Assembly: GCF_006345805.1 (NCBI RefSeq)
Contig: NC_042999.1
Location: 162,874,001 to 162,938,000 of the forward strand
DNA length: 64,000 nucleotides
From: Octopus sinensis
Taxonomy: Eukaryota
Direction: 5' to 3'
The notes under the pieces were generated by a model. It worked only from the letters and a program-made list of their open reading frames with translations. It was not told the DNA's origin and ran no database searches. This document shows, one piece after another, positions 38,215-50,490 of the stretch (position 1 is the first letter of the stretch; each line of letters begins with the position of its first letter). The translations under genes were made by a program, and so were the position numbers.

Positions 38215-38510
38215 GTACGCTGGGCGAAATGCTTAGTGGCATTTCACCCGTCTTCTTGTCCTGAGTTCAAATTTCTGCTGAGGTCAACTTTGCATTTCAT
38301 CCTTTCGGGGTTGATAAATTAAGTACCAGTTGAGCACTGGGGTCGATGTAATCGACTTACACCCCCCCCCCTGCCCCGAAATTGCTGCCCTTGTGCCAAA
38401 ATTTGAGATCAATATTTAAAATAGTTTTAAAGCGGCGAGCTTGCAGAATCGTTAGCACGCCGGACAAAATGCTTAGCTGTATTCCTTCCGACTTAAGTAC
38501 CAGTCGAGAT
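38215..38510 (+). mobile_element. Two adjacent SINE family B-related copies (one near-full, one internally deleted)
   Basis: cgctgggcgaaatgcttag...gtcgatgtaatcgact, followed by gcggcgagcttgcagaatcgttagcacgccgg. Confidence 0.75.
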
Positions 38511-39361
38511 AAATTTCTGTCGTTTTCGTGAACCTTTTTTTCATGGGGGGCTTTGTTTTCAATTAGAATACTGAATAAAATCCCATTCTATTCGATTCCT
38601 AAGCCCTAAAATTTCTCGGTGTTCGTGTCTGTTGTCTGGATAATGTTGATGCCATACAAACACTCCCACCTCCCCAACACTGCAACTGATATTCACAAGA
38701 CAAATAATTTACTCATCTCTTTGTATATTAAACCTGTAACTCTTTGAGCAACTATTTATTTTCAGTCATACTTCGGAAGTATTTTCTTTCTATTTCAACA
38801 TTAACTTAAACATTGATTTCTTGTATTTTTGTTTATAAAGTTTATAAACTGAATATTTGGACACACATGCATGGAATTGCTAGTAGAATTCACTCTGAGA
38901 GAATGAATGGAAGTGTTTGAATTAAATTGAAAGTTGAGGAGAAGGAAGCATCAGAATACTTTGTATTATAGTTTTTGTTTTGTCTTTTTCTTTTCTGACA
39001 ACTTTCTATATGTTCATACTTCGTTGGATCTCTTCAAACCCTAACTGTTCTCAACTTTTAACGGACTTGTAACTCCCCCACCTCTTCCTCCACGACTTCG
39101 TCTTTTTTTTTTTTTTTTTTTTTAGGCAGTCTTCCAACTTTCCCTCCTTTACTTGCCGCCACTTGTTTTTATCATTTTATTTTTAAGGGCTTGGACTTTT
39201 TTTTTATTTATTTAAAATTATTTTAATTCCTACATCTTACTAGTTTTGGGATCAGTTTGCATATAAACTTTACCTGGCTACACGTGTTTTCTGGGGAGAA
39301 CATGACAGACAAATAATATTGCGAACTAGTTTTATTTTAATCACAACTTTGGATATTTCAT

Positions 39362-39428
39362 ATATAAATCCTTAAAATCCTTTAAAATGTTTTAGCCCGA
39401 AGGCCGCGGCCATGCTGGGGCACCACCG
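39362..39428 (-). mobile_element. 5'-truncated SINE/LINE 3' end; near-identical second copy at 42410-42476
   Basis: atataaatccttaaaatcctttaaaatgttttagcc(c/t)gaaggccgcggccatgctggggcaccaccg occurs twice. Confidence 0.7.
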
Positions 39429-41180
39429 TATGTAGAGGTTATCTTTTTTTTTTTATGCATAAAAAAGAAATTTTTAAAAAATTACCCAAGATAATTTCAT
39501 AAAAAACGTTTCATTGTTTCTTTAGTGTTTTAGTATCCCTGTTGTATTTCGATCTGATTAATCTTCAAGATAATCCGTTCTTAAAGGGGAACATTATATA
39601 TTTAGGTTCCTATGATGCCCGCCAGTTTTTCCTTCGAAGTTTGTCCGGATAAAATGTTTAATCTGTTATTCACGATGTGACTAGCAAGTGTTCAATCATA
39701 AAATATAAAAGTCTCCTATGTTTTACTTTTTCAATAGAAATTCCAGTCTGGCAATTATCTAAATTCGTTTGCTGTATTTATTTAATCTCCAAAGTTATGA
39801 TTTAATTTCATTGAAAGTGATTCTCACCAAAAAGTTTTCGCGTTGTTGTTCCTTTAAACTGAATAGTTTTATCTTGATTGCACAATTACAATCTATCTTG
39901 TATTTGACATGTCTATTTTTGTATGAAGAATGTTCCAAATTTGACATGATCGTCGTTAATTAGAACTAAACTCTTGTCTAGACATGTCTTGTGATGTAAA
40001 GTTTCCTTGGCGATAACACACAAGACAATTTTTTTGTTCAGCAGCTGGCCACTCGTCATATACATTGTGTGTTGTATATAGATAGATACGTGCGTACTTA
40101 TCTGTCTGTTGTACTATTGCAATTTTTTGAAGACCTGTTTTCATCTCATATTTTCATAACAAATCCTGGATGGCATGGATTTGTTTGTAACCATTAGTGA
40201 TGTTTTACTTTTTGTACTCCGTCCTAATTATGATTAGATTTCTATACAAAAAGCTGGCCCTTCTAGGTAATTTGATTTATTTTGTCTTTATACATTTGGT
40301 ATTTACCATTCTGATTAATGTAGCTTAGGACATTGCTTTCTGAAAATGACCATTTCACATCTGATTGTGATTGGTAATTACGATGTCATATATTTTGTTA
40401 GGAGGGGTGCCCCCCCTCCCTGTTTAGTGTCGTACGAGATAGTTTGTAGAAGAACATTTTCTGAAATTACCAAAAACTAAAAAAAGTTGCAAGCAGAGAA
40501 ATAGTGTGCTTAGATCAAAAACGCTGCTCTTGATCTTGTATCAATAAGATTTCATTAGGTATTCAAATATTTTATTCTCCCAAACTACAGAGAAATTGTA
40601 GAAAATCAAGAGGTGCAAAATGTTCCTCAATTGAGAATAGTTTTCTCACAACTATAAGGGCCCATCTCTGTCAGCTGCTTGTTTGTGTGCTGTCTCTGGT
40701 TTACATTTGAACATTTATAACTGCCTCCAAGCTGTTGGTAGTTAGAAGCTGTGAGAGGCGGGCATGTCAGGCACTGGATATACTCTAGTGACTGGTTACG
40801 GAAGACTGCTGCTGAAGTGGAGATGAAGTCTGTGTCCATATTAGGGCGATTGCCTAAATATGGATATGGTCATCTATCTTTTCAATAAATGATTAAGGTT
40901 AAATTTTGATGCACTTCTTAACGAAAGCTTTACTAATCTAAACCAACATAAAGAAGTATGTGTATCTATGTATGCAGACAGACACACACGCACCTTTCGC
41001 CCTTTCAACTTTTTTTTGATAATTTAAATTTCGGTCATACTCTTTCCGCGCACTTATTTTTCAAACAATCTCATCCAACATCAGTTTTACTATGCATTTT
41101 TTAACCATTCCTTTTATTCGACGTTTTAGATACAGATTGCTATTGTATACAGACTCATTTTGGTATTCTGAATTTTGCAG

Positions 41181-41356
41181 TGATACGAAGTTTAAGCAGC
41201 CTTCAAAAGGGATCAGAGAGTGCTTTTATACCCATCCACGTGACAGCAACAGGACCTCGGACCCGAAGCAGGGTCACTATTTGGAATCTTCCTGAAGAAA
41301 TTCTTATATTACTGCTGAAAGAACTTCATATTAAAGAATTATTAAATATGAGAGCT
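41181..41356 (+). CDS. CCNF: Cyclin F exon 2 (F-box)
   Basis: ttttgcag acceptor and gtaagt donor. RVTIWNLPEEILILLLKELHIKELLNMRA is an F-box matching human NLTILSLPEDVLFHIL...VRA. Confidence 0.93.
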
Positions 41357-41397
41357 GTAAGTGACTTGTTTCCTCTCCTGCCCAATATGATGCCCTG

Positions 41398-41775
41398 TTA
41401 CTCTTTACTCTTTTACTTGTTTCAGTCATTTGACTGCGGCCATGCTGGAGCACCGCCTTTAATCGAGCAACTCGACCCCGACACTTATTCTATCGGTCTG
41501 TTTTGCCGAACCGCTAAGTGACGGGGACATAAACACACCAGCATCGGTTGTCAAGCAATGCTAGGGGGACAAACACAGACACACAAACATATATATATAC
41601 ATATATATATGACAGGCTTCTTTCAGTTTCCGTCTACCAAATCCACTCACAAGGCATTGGTCGGCCCAGGGCTATAGCAGAAGACACTTGCCCAAGATGT
41701 CACGCAGTGGGACTGAACCCAGAACCATGTGGTTAGTTAGCAAGCTACTTACCACACACCCACTCCTGCGCCTAT
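41398..41775 (-). mobile_element. tRNA-SINE family A in CCNF intron 2
   Basis: Family match; starts about 40 nt after the exon 2 donor. Confidence 0.9.
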
Positions 41776-41799
41776 TTTACTTTGGAAATTATCCATCCT

Positions 41800-42350
41800 G
41801 TGTGTATGTTTCCGACTATCTTCTCTGTTCCACTATTCTTTGGAGGACCTGTTGGAATAAGTCCTCGAGCACCTTCTAAGGTTCACTCCCAAGCATGATG
41901 TTGTCCAACCATCTTGTCTTTGGTCTACCCCAAGGTCTTCTGCTTGTTGTCTTGGCTTGTAAAAAAACCGTCTTGTGATTCTCTCCTGTAACATTTTAAT
42001 CACATGTCCATAGTACCACAGCTGTGACTTTTCTCTGCAGAAGAATAGTGGTTCAACCTGAAGAGCTCTGAGTTATGCACCTTGTTGAAAGACATTACTC
42101 CAGAGATCCTTTGGAGGAACCCCACTTATTTTTCACAATCATACTCTTTCAGTCATTGCCCAACATTCATGACCATAGGTGAGGATATGCATGAAAGCCA
42201 ATACCTGAGGATTAAATGCTACAATTCTGTGAAATTACCCTGCAATTCTAACCTCCTGCTTCTCATCTGTCATGGATGTGTCTTGCTGTGATAAATACTG
42301 AGTGTTTCATAATGTCTCCAGGCAAAGTACAATTTCAATGCTCAAAAGTT
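41800..42350 (-). mobile_element. Decayed RTE-like LINE 3' fragment
   Basis: Minus strand reads KSQLWYYGHVIKM, an RTE C-terminal motif. Boundaries are approximate. Confidence 0.55.
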
Positions 42351-42614
42351 TTCATGTATGTTTAAATCTTGTAAAGATTGGTCTGGTTGGGTTGAAAAGG
42401 TTGTGTGTGTATAAATCCTTAAAATCCTTTAAAATGTTTTAGCCTGAAGGCCGCGGCCATGCTGGGGCACCACCGCTGATTTAAAGTGTGCGAGACAGCG
42501 CCAGTGATTTTCAGGGTATGAAGAATTCAACGAGAGTTCAGATTAACGAAGTAACCACACGGCTAAGCCCACACACATGGTGTGTGTAACTCTTCATTTT
42601 CAATTATTAACAAA

Positions 42615-42955
42615 CTAGCAGTATCGCCTGGCGTTGCTCGGGTTTGTAAGGGAAATAACTATAAAGCATTTTTAGAGAGTTATAGCAAAAAAAATGCATT
42701 AGAAATGGGGAAAAAATGATGGTAAATTTTTTTTTTAATCGTTGACTCATCGTAGACATTTTTAGAGAGTTACTTCCCTTATATAATAGCGAAAAAATGC
42801 ATTAAAATGGTAAATGATTTTTAAAATCATAGACTCATCGTAGACGCGCGCTAATACCCGGAAGGGCTCGATATGAATCACGACTATAATGTGGGAGTAG
42901 TTAGGAATCTAAATCGTAGGAGACAGACACACAACTTGACTTTTATATATAAAGA
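42615..42955 (-). mobile_element. Non-autonomous Helitron-like element, copy 3
   Basis: CTAG end at 42615, hairpin, TC end at 42955, 18 nt upstream of the exon 3 start. Confidence 0.9.
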
Positions 42956-42973
42956 TATTACTTATATTTTCAG

Positions 42974-43080
42974 GTTCATCCTTATTTCCGAAATCTCATT
43001 GATAACAGTTTGTCTATATGGTCTGTTGTTAATTTCCAAGATTCCTGGCCATCAGCAAATAATATCAAGCATTTTGAGAA
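42974..43080 (+). CDS. CCNF: Cyclin F exon 3
   Basis: ttttcag/gtgagt sites; 107 nt; VHPYFRNLIDNSLSIWSVVNFQDSWPSANNIKHFE aligns with human VHSQLKDLVDNHASVWACASFQELWPSPGNLKLFE. Confidence 0.95.
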
Positions 43081-43994
43081 GTGAGTAGAAAAGTTCAAGA
43101 ATGTTATCAGTTTTTGTTTTTTTTCTGCATCTCTCTCTCTATCTCTCCCCCCCCCCACACACACACACAGTAATAACATAAATGACCTTTGTACAATTCT
43201 CTAGTAAATTAATTTGGATATTGATTAAGAAAATCTTTTCTTTCGAATAAATTTAAATGGTCTGTGATTCAAGAATAATTAGTATTAAATGTCTCTTTTT
43301 AAAGAAATTTATCTGAGTTTCCTTTTTAGAACTTCTATATATCATTTATAGAAACAGCCTATAAAGAGACAATTTATTTCTAAACAAGTTCTAGTTTGAT
43401 TTTACATACAGTTCTGTCATGTCATTAATAACAAATAATGTTGAAGAAATTGAATTGATAATGTTGAAGAAATTGAAACTTGGCAATACATTTGCACAAG
43501 ATTACCATTTTTTATCTGCTCATAATTGGTTTTTAAATATTAATGGATTGACCATTTACTTTTGAGTGTGGGAGGAGTGACTTGAACAAATTTTGTGTAA
43601 AGCTTTTTTTTTTTTTTTAACATAGTGAAAGTAAAGCAGAATCTATTATATATTGCACAAAATCAAAAAAGTGACACAAAATAGCAGAAAATATTTGTAT
43701 GAAGCTAATTTTCTTTGAGAAAGGCATAAATATCTCACAATCTCGGTTTCTTTTATAAATTTGTAGCATATCTAAGTAAGAATTCATTTTGTTACTAGTA
43801 TATGGCATTTGTGTGGCAGAAACTAAACATAGAATACAACACAATGGTCTTTAGTTTTCTATATTTAATTTCTTTGCTTTACATTAATATATAATTTGCA
43901 AACTTTGTGCCAATGCAAAAAAAAAAAAAAAAAAAAAAAAAAGTCAGTTATTTTTGTCCTAAAAGATAACCTTAGGCTTTCTCATACTTTTCAG

Positions 43995-44062
43995 TGCTGC
44001 CAGTCAGTGTAACGTTGAAGCTTTGGTGAAATTAGCTCTGGCGCATCTTTATAATGAAGGAT
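43995..44062 (+). CDS. CCNF: Cyclin F exon 4
   Basis: AASQCNVEALVKLALAHLYNEG aligns with human AAEKGNFEAAVKLGIAYLYNEG; cag/gtatgt sites. Confidence 0.95.
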
Positions 44063-44087
44063 GTATGTATCTGCTCTTAAGTTTATT

Positions 44088-44292
44088 CTATTTTATAAAC
44101 TCTTACTTACTGCATTTAACATAACCCCTAACTTAAGTCAATCAAATTCACATATTTTATGCAGTTGATTGACTTGTGTAATTTAAAACTATTTTATAAA
44201 CTCTTACTTACTGCATTTAACATAACCCCTAACTTAAGTCAATCAAATTCACATATTTTATGCAGTTGATTGACTTGTGTAATTTAAAACTA
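44088..44292. repeat. Perfect 101-bp tandem duplication in CCNF intron 4
   Basis: ctattttataaactc...atttaaaact starts at 44088 and again at 44189. Confidence 0.95.
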
Positions 44293-44397
44293 CAGTTAAT
44301 TGCAATGATGAAATTTTATCAAACATTAAATCTTAATTAGTATTTGGTTTGTAAATTGTGATAATTTTCTAATGAAATTTTACGTAAATCTTTGCAG

Positions 44398-44588
44398 TAC
44401 CTGGTGATAAAGAAAATAAACAAATAACACATAATGGCTTTGTTGCTGCTGAGATGTTTTGTAAAGTGGAAAGGTTATGTTCAGGTTCTGATCCCTTCTG
44501 TTGGCTGTTCATTCGCCCTCCATGGTCTCTAAATGGTGCATGCTGCAAAGAATGTGTTTTCACCTACCTCCGGATCTATTTACGTAAG
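44398..44588 (+). CDS. CCNF: Cyclin F exon 5
   Basis: DPFCWLFIRPPWSLNGACCKECV aligns with human APFIWLFIRPPWSVSGSCCKAVV; ctttgcag acceptor and aag|gttagt donor. Confidence 0.95.
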
Positions 44589-45156
44589 GTTAGTATCTTT
44601 TCCCTTTTTCTTGAGCAATCAGTCTGCTTAGACAGAACAGTACCTATTGCCTTTAACAGTTGTTTTTAGAGATGAAGTAAAAGGTTAACTCTGTTTAGTC
44701 TAAACTGCAAAGTAGTCAGTGACAGGACTTCCACCTGTAAAAGCCATGCCAAACACAACCAGGATGGTCTATTTCTTTTGTTGGTGTGTGTGCCAAACGA
44801 TGGAGGGCAACAAGAGCTGTCCAATTAATGCAAGCATAGGAAAACTGACATAGAAAATATTTCTTTGTGGCTAATAAAAGGGTTCAAATGGGCTCTTCAA
44901 TATTTAGTAAACATTTGATGGAAGGAATTGAAAAATAACAAGAAACAAAGGGGTACTATTGAAAAGGTAAAAAATTTTGTTCAGAATAGAAACTGGTTTT
45001 AGCTTTATTAGTTATAGGTCTCTACTCCGAACAGGAACATGAATGGCTTTTAACTTGTATTTTCATTTAAGGTAAGTTTGCATTGTTCAGAATATAATTT
45101 AGGTATATTTTTAGGATAGAATGCTGTGTAGTTAGCAGCAGATATTGTACGATAAC

Positions 45157-45527
45157 TTACTCTCTTTTACTCTTTTACTTGTTTCAGTCATTTGACTGTG
45201 GCCATGCTGGAGCACCGCCTTTAATCGAGCAACTCGACCCCAGTACTTATTCTATCGGTCTCTTTTGCCGAACCGCTAAGTGACGGGGACGTAAACACAC
45301 ACCAACATCGGTTGTCAAGCAATGCTAGGGGGACAAACACAGACACACACACATACATATATATGACAGGCTTCTTTCAGTTTCTGTCTACCAAATCCAC
45401 TCACAGGGCATTGGTCGGCCCGGGGCTATAGCAGAAGACACTTGCCCAAGATGCCACGCAGTGGGATTGAACCCAGAACCATGTGGTTGGTTAGCAAGCT
45501 ACTTACTACACAGCCACTCCTGCGCCT
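45157..45527 (-). mobile_element. tRNA-SINE family A in CCNF intron 5
   Basis: Family match. Confidence 0.9.
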
Positions 45528-45752
45528 TGGTATAGAATATTGTTGCATCAACTACTTGGGTTGGCTAGTATGGTGAACAGTTGGCTGACTGAGTCCTGGT
45601 TTATCAACAACTGGAATTCACTGGGAGCTGTCTATACATTGGTAGAAGAATATTGTTAGACATTGCAAATATTGGGTTGGTAGTATGGGAACAGTGGCTG
45701 ACTGAGTCTCTGGTTTATCAACAACTGGAATTCACTGGGAGCTGTCTATACA
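45528..45752. repeat. Imperfect ~112-bp tandem duplication upstream of exon 6
   Basis: The 3' halves (ggtttatcaacaactggaattcactgggagctgtctatacat) are identical; the 5' halves differ by indels. Confidence 0.85.
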
Positions 45753-45791
45753 TATACACAAAACCCAAGGCAGCCTTATTTGTTGTTTCAG

Positions 45792-45950
45792 GTGGTTGAT
45801 CCTAAAATACAGATCTGTGTTGTAAAGACTATAATGCTGCTGGGAGAAGAAGGAGGTCAACAGGAAACAATGTCATTGCTGGAAGAAGCGAAGGAACAAG
45901 GATCTGCTGCAGCCTCTTTCATGCTATGGGAGAAGAAATATATAAACAAT
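45792..45950 (+). CDS. CCNF: Cyclin F exon 6
   Basis: 159 nt, phase 0/0; ...LLEEAKEQGSAAASFMLWE aligns with human LFEEAAHQGCLTSSYLLWE. Confidence 0.9.
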
Positions 45951-46175
45951 GTAAGTCTTTGATGTCTTTTGCTTGATTCATAGGGTTTTTTCCCCTTTGC
46001 TAGCTGCAACGAACATTGATTACTATTCCAAAAACTTTCACTATCAAATATTTTACCAAATTGGTACATGATATTGCAAATGAGAGCCTCTTACTTGGTT
46101 GCTCCATCTTGTAGAAATAGCAACAGAATCACACTTGACATCTTAGCATAAAGGACAGAGATAATGTGGCCTTAA

Positions 46176-46380
46176 CCCTTTTGTTACTGTATTTATTTTG
46201 AGATGCTCTGTGTTTGTTTCAATTATTTTATATATAACAAAGAATTTAGTAAAATAACTTAGTTATCATTCAGCTAGTGTTAGGAACATAAATTGTGACT
46301 AAGGTTTGGTGGAAGATTTTAATTCAACACTTATGAAAAAAAGACATTTGTACTCAGAGCCAGAGTTGGTTACAAAAGGG
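46176..46380. mobile_element. TTAA-flanked (piggyBac-type) MITE
   Basis: ttaa|cccttttgttac ... gttacaaaaggg|tttaa. Confidence 0.75.
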
Positions 46381-47071
46381 TTTAAACAATAGGATGATCA
46401 GATGTCTACTAGATTGAGATTGACATGGAATTAAACAACATTGCTAATCAATACATTAGTCACCTCATCACAAGATTTTGTTTTTATATTGAAGCATCTG
46501 CAGTGAATATGAAATGGCATTTTATTATTCTCTGGTTAGCACAAAATTTGAAGCTCGCTATTCATGAGATAGACTAATGTCCCATAAACTCACTGGGTTA
46601 TTGAAGTGCCACTGCAAACTTTATTAAGGAAAGATTATTCCTTATCCATAATAAAACTATGCTAACAAAACTTGTTTTTCTACTAGGTAGACAAGGACAT
46701 TAAAAGTTAGGTGTCGTGTCCTGTTCATGACACTGCTCAGCTGGTAGGTGGACACATTACTAACTTAATCACAATTCTGAAATAATTTTTAAACACTATT
46801 ATTGTGATAAAAATAAATTTCTGTCTGAGAAAAGTAATGATATATAAAAAAAAAAAGCCGAAATATTGTTCTGTACTGTTTCAGAAACAGTAAGAACATG
46901 TAAAATGAAATATAAAACCATTTGGCTGTAGATAGATTTCCCTAAATGATTAAAATGCCAGTCTGCTACTTAAAAAATGTAAACGCATATATATTAGTTT
47001 GATTTCAATTAATATTCAGAACCTTTTAAATTAAACCATAAAAAACGTTTTGTTCTGTTTTGTAACAATAG

Positions 47072-47304
47072 CAAAATTTGGAGCCTTCTGAGGAACTAGA
47101 AAGCATCAGAGAACTACGTGATATTGCCAGTAGTGGGAATTTAAATGCTCAACTCACCCTTTGCCATTACTACGCTTCATCAAAGTTTGGTGGTCTTCAT
47201 CAAACCCAAGCTGCTGCTTTCATACGGGATTTTGTGCACTCCTCAAAATCTTCCTCAATTCAAAAGATATTCCGATGCAATCATGAACTTACACCAAATA
47301 TGAG
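47072..47304 (+). CDS. CCNF: Cyclin F exon 7
   Basis: IRELRDIASSGNLNAQLTLC...HELTPNMR aligns with human FRKLRDYAAKGCWEAQLSL...KGLNDTMR; tag/gtaatt sites. Confidence 0.93.
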
Positions 47305-47948
47305 GTAATTTCAGGCTCCTAACCTCTTTTTGCATGTCAAAAGGCAGTTTTTATATTTCCTTTTTTTTTTTTTTTTTTTTTTTTCCTTTCATATTGGTTC
47401 ACTGTTACTTTAACAGTCATGCACTTCTGGGTAGCTGCCACATCTTCATTAAACTGTGCTTCTACCTACTCCTTTTTCATACCAAATCAATGACTGCTTA
47501 TCTATCACTGAAGCTGCAGTGATTCCAGCTATTTATTAACATTAGTTTTAGTTTTGTTCATCTACAGTCTTTCCAGATTTTAAACGTCCCTAACAGATCT
47601 TTGATTCTGCTCTAAGATCCAGATCATCTGCAAATGGGCTCCACCCATGGACAGACAATTTCTGCTGTTAGGGTTTCTTGAATTTGATGAAGATGAGAAG
47701 GCTCAGGATAGAGCCTTGATGAACTTCAAATTGCTCACCATATGGTCAGTCCTGACCTTGTAGTTCCCTCATACATGAACTTGACAGCTCTCATGAGCCA
47801 CCCTGTCAGATACTTTATTTAAATCTAGAAAGGTGAGATATTATTATTTATTCAACACAAATGTTTCCTTTGTAGATGTTTCATTAAGGATGTTACTTGT
47901 TGCAACAATAACTGTTTTTTAGTCATCAGTTCAAATATTCACTTCCAG

Positions 47949-48113
47949 GTACATCTTGGTTGATTGGCTTGTGGAAGTTGCTGAAATGAAAGAATTGTCT
48001 AGTCAGACTTTGCATGCCTCCATTGCTTTGATGGATCGATATTTAAAAATCCACCCAACTTCCAGAGGGATCTTGCAGCTTCTTGGTGTGGTGTCAATGT
48101 TAGTTTGTTCAAG
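47949..48113 (+). CDS. CCNF: Cyclin F exon 8 (cyclin box, MRYIL motif across the junction)
   Basis: (R)YILVDWLVEVAEMKELSSQTLHASIALMDRYL...LQLLGVVSMLVCS; 165 nt; cag/gtgagt sites. Confidence 0.97.
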
Positions 48114-48197
48114 GTGAGTCTTTTCCACTTGTCAGTATTTTGAGTAGTGCATGCCATTTACTGTTAATGTACAGAAATATGATAAACTGTGAACTAG

Positions 48198-48520
48198 GTA
48201 CAGGTGGTGAAACCTTTGCTTCCCAACTACATGGTTCTATACCACTGCATGGCACCTAGGCCAAGGGTCTTACTATAGCTCAGGCAATGAGTGGATTTGG
48301 TAGACAGAAATTTAAAGAAACCCTTCACGGGTGTGTGTGTCTCTGTGTGCTTGTCCACCACCACCACCACTTGACAACCAATGTTGGTGTGTTTATGTCC
48401 TTGTGACTTAGCAGCTTGGTAAAAGAGACTGATAGAATAAGTACTGGGGTTGATTTGTTCAACTAAAATTCTGCATGGTGGTATACCAACATGGTTGTAG
48501 TGTAATGACTGAAGACAGCT
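48198..48520 (+). mobile_element. Older SINE family A-related copy in intron 8
   Basis: gagtggatttggtagacagaaa...gaataagtactgggg...catggttgtagt, diverged. Confidence 0.7.
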
Positions 48521-49000
48521 CTAGAACCTAACACATGCATTCTTCAATGTCTCTGGGAAGATGGGTTTTTTTTTTTTGCATACACACTTGTGTTGCCTAT
48601 CTCTATATTAATAAACTTTCTACTCTTAGTTTCACCTCCTTATACAGAGATGATGCAAAGATTTGTTTTATATGTAGCAAATTTATCTCCTATTAAGATG
48701 TTTAGAGGATGAGACACAAATGAAGTAGAATGTTGTAGCTCGTTTGAAACGTGTCAATTTATGTTTCAGTGACTAATAAAAACAATTTCTAACTTGAGTA
48801 CAACATGGTCCACAGTTGATATCTAGTTTATTATTAACCTGAGACAAATAAAAGGCAAAATTAACTTGAGTACGGTTATATAACACTTGGTATTCTATCC
48901 ACTACTCTACTAATTTTGCCAGCAAGCTAAGACATTTCTTATTTATGTACTTGTATATATTTTTAAAACTCTTCACACATTTTCTTTCTTCCTTCTTTAG

Positions 49001-49124
49001 ATATTTAGGTAAAGATATAATTACAATTCGTGAAGCAGCTTGGTTAACTGATAACACATACAAATATGAAGATGTTGTGAAAATGATGGGGGAAATTGTA
49101 GCCACCTTAAAAGGCAGTATCAGG
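49001..49124 (+). CDS. CCNF: Cyclin F exon 9
   Basis: YLGKDIITIREAAWLTDNTYKYEDVVKMMGEIVATLKGSIR, strongly conserved with human. Confidence 0.98.
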
Positions 49125-49536
49125 GTAAGTAATACCTTTGTTTTTGTCCCCCCCCCCCTCCCAAGTGTAAGTAATACCCTTCTTATATTTACCAAAAACA
49201 AAGCTAAAGTTTATTTTAAGGTTGTCACAACTTTATGGCTGAGGCAGTGACAAACAGCTTCTGGTCTTGAAAGTTTCATTTCTTTGATATTTTGCATACT
49301 TGCAGATGCAAGTGCTAGGCTCCGCATACTGGATAGTAGAAAGTTTATGGGGTCATCAGGGAAGAACGCACAGTGTTTCGGGGCCTGCCTCCCAACTGTA
49401 TCATTGTGCACTTGCTAGATCAACTGGTTGTCCGGTTTTGCTCAGTATTCTTCTAGCCATTATCTAAGCTTTTGTAAATTTAACTTTTTGTCAGTGTGTG
49501 ACTGTTTTCAAATTAAGATCTGTTTCTTTCTTTCAG

Positions 49537-49717
49537 AGACCAACAAGTCTTGACTTTGCAGCAATATTTTGTTTGTTAGATGAGGTGGATTCAGTCAGTC
49601 ATAATTTGGTCAATTACATCTGTGAACTCTGTTTACTCCATTCAGAGTTGGGTCAATACTCAGCTGCAGAGATGGCAGCAAGTGCTTTCATTCTGTCTCG
49701 CATCATATTAAAGTCTG
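49537..49717 (+). CDS. CCNF: Cyclin F exon 10 (cyclin C-terminal fold)
   Basis: RPTSLDF...YICELCLLHSELGQYSAAEMAASAFILSR; cag/gtaggt sites. Confidence 0.96.
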
Positions 49718-50280
49718 GTAGGTCACCTCTTGCTTCTACTTATCTTAGTATATTGTTCTTTAGCTATTCTAGTTGTACGCATCCTTTACTTTTTCTCATA
49801 AGCGACCTATGTAAGGCTTGTAACTGCCCCCCCCCCCCCTCTGTGCTAACAATTCTCATGTTATACATAGTCGCATTTTTTATTTTTCTGATAAAAGCAA
49901 GATAGCTTCTACATAGTCACTTGAAATAGCAGTTACATCTCTATTATTACCCTTTTGTTTTAAATAAGCAGAAGGGTACATTTGATAATATGCTACTGTA
50001 TGGAGGACCATATGCCCTGATAGTGACTTGGAATTGGTCTGCTGGACCAGGGCCAACCTTGGGCTAATTAACAGCAACTTTGATTTCACCAAAATTCTCC
50101 ATGATAAAGAAGCTGGTGTTACATCTAAGAGCCACTTTATGTGACTCTTGCCTACACTTAAAATTGATTAGTGTAGATTGAAAAAGATTTAGGCCAATGG
50201 GGGAGTGGCCAGTTTTTTATTACCTCTAGCACTTTATAGGTAAAACAGTGTTTTGTACCCTGGGTTAAATATTTTTAGGG

Positions 50281-50449
50281 TATAGGCGTAGGAGTGGCTG
50301 TGTGGTAAGTAGCTTGCTTACCAACCACGTGGTTCCGGGTTCAGTCCCACTGCGTGGCACCTTGGGCAAGTGTCTTCTACTATAGCCTCGGGCCGACCAA
50401 TGCCTTGTGAGTGGATTTGGTAGACGGAAACTGAAAGAAGCCCGTCATA

Positions 50450-50490
<41 letters not shown>

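Noticed and set aside
40720-40870. GC-richer patch as an alternative CCNF first exon (MKSVSILGRLPKYGY, phase 1)
   Set aside because: Weak donor (gtcatc) and no promoter features; the 37620 candidate fits better. Needs 5' RACE to exclude.
31868-41736. Recurrent MSSNARGTNT... ORFs (31868, 35784, 41548)
   Set aside because: Antisense translations of SINE family A.
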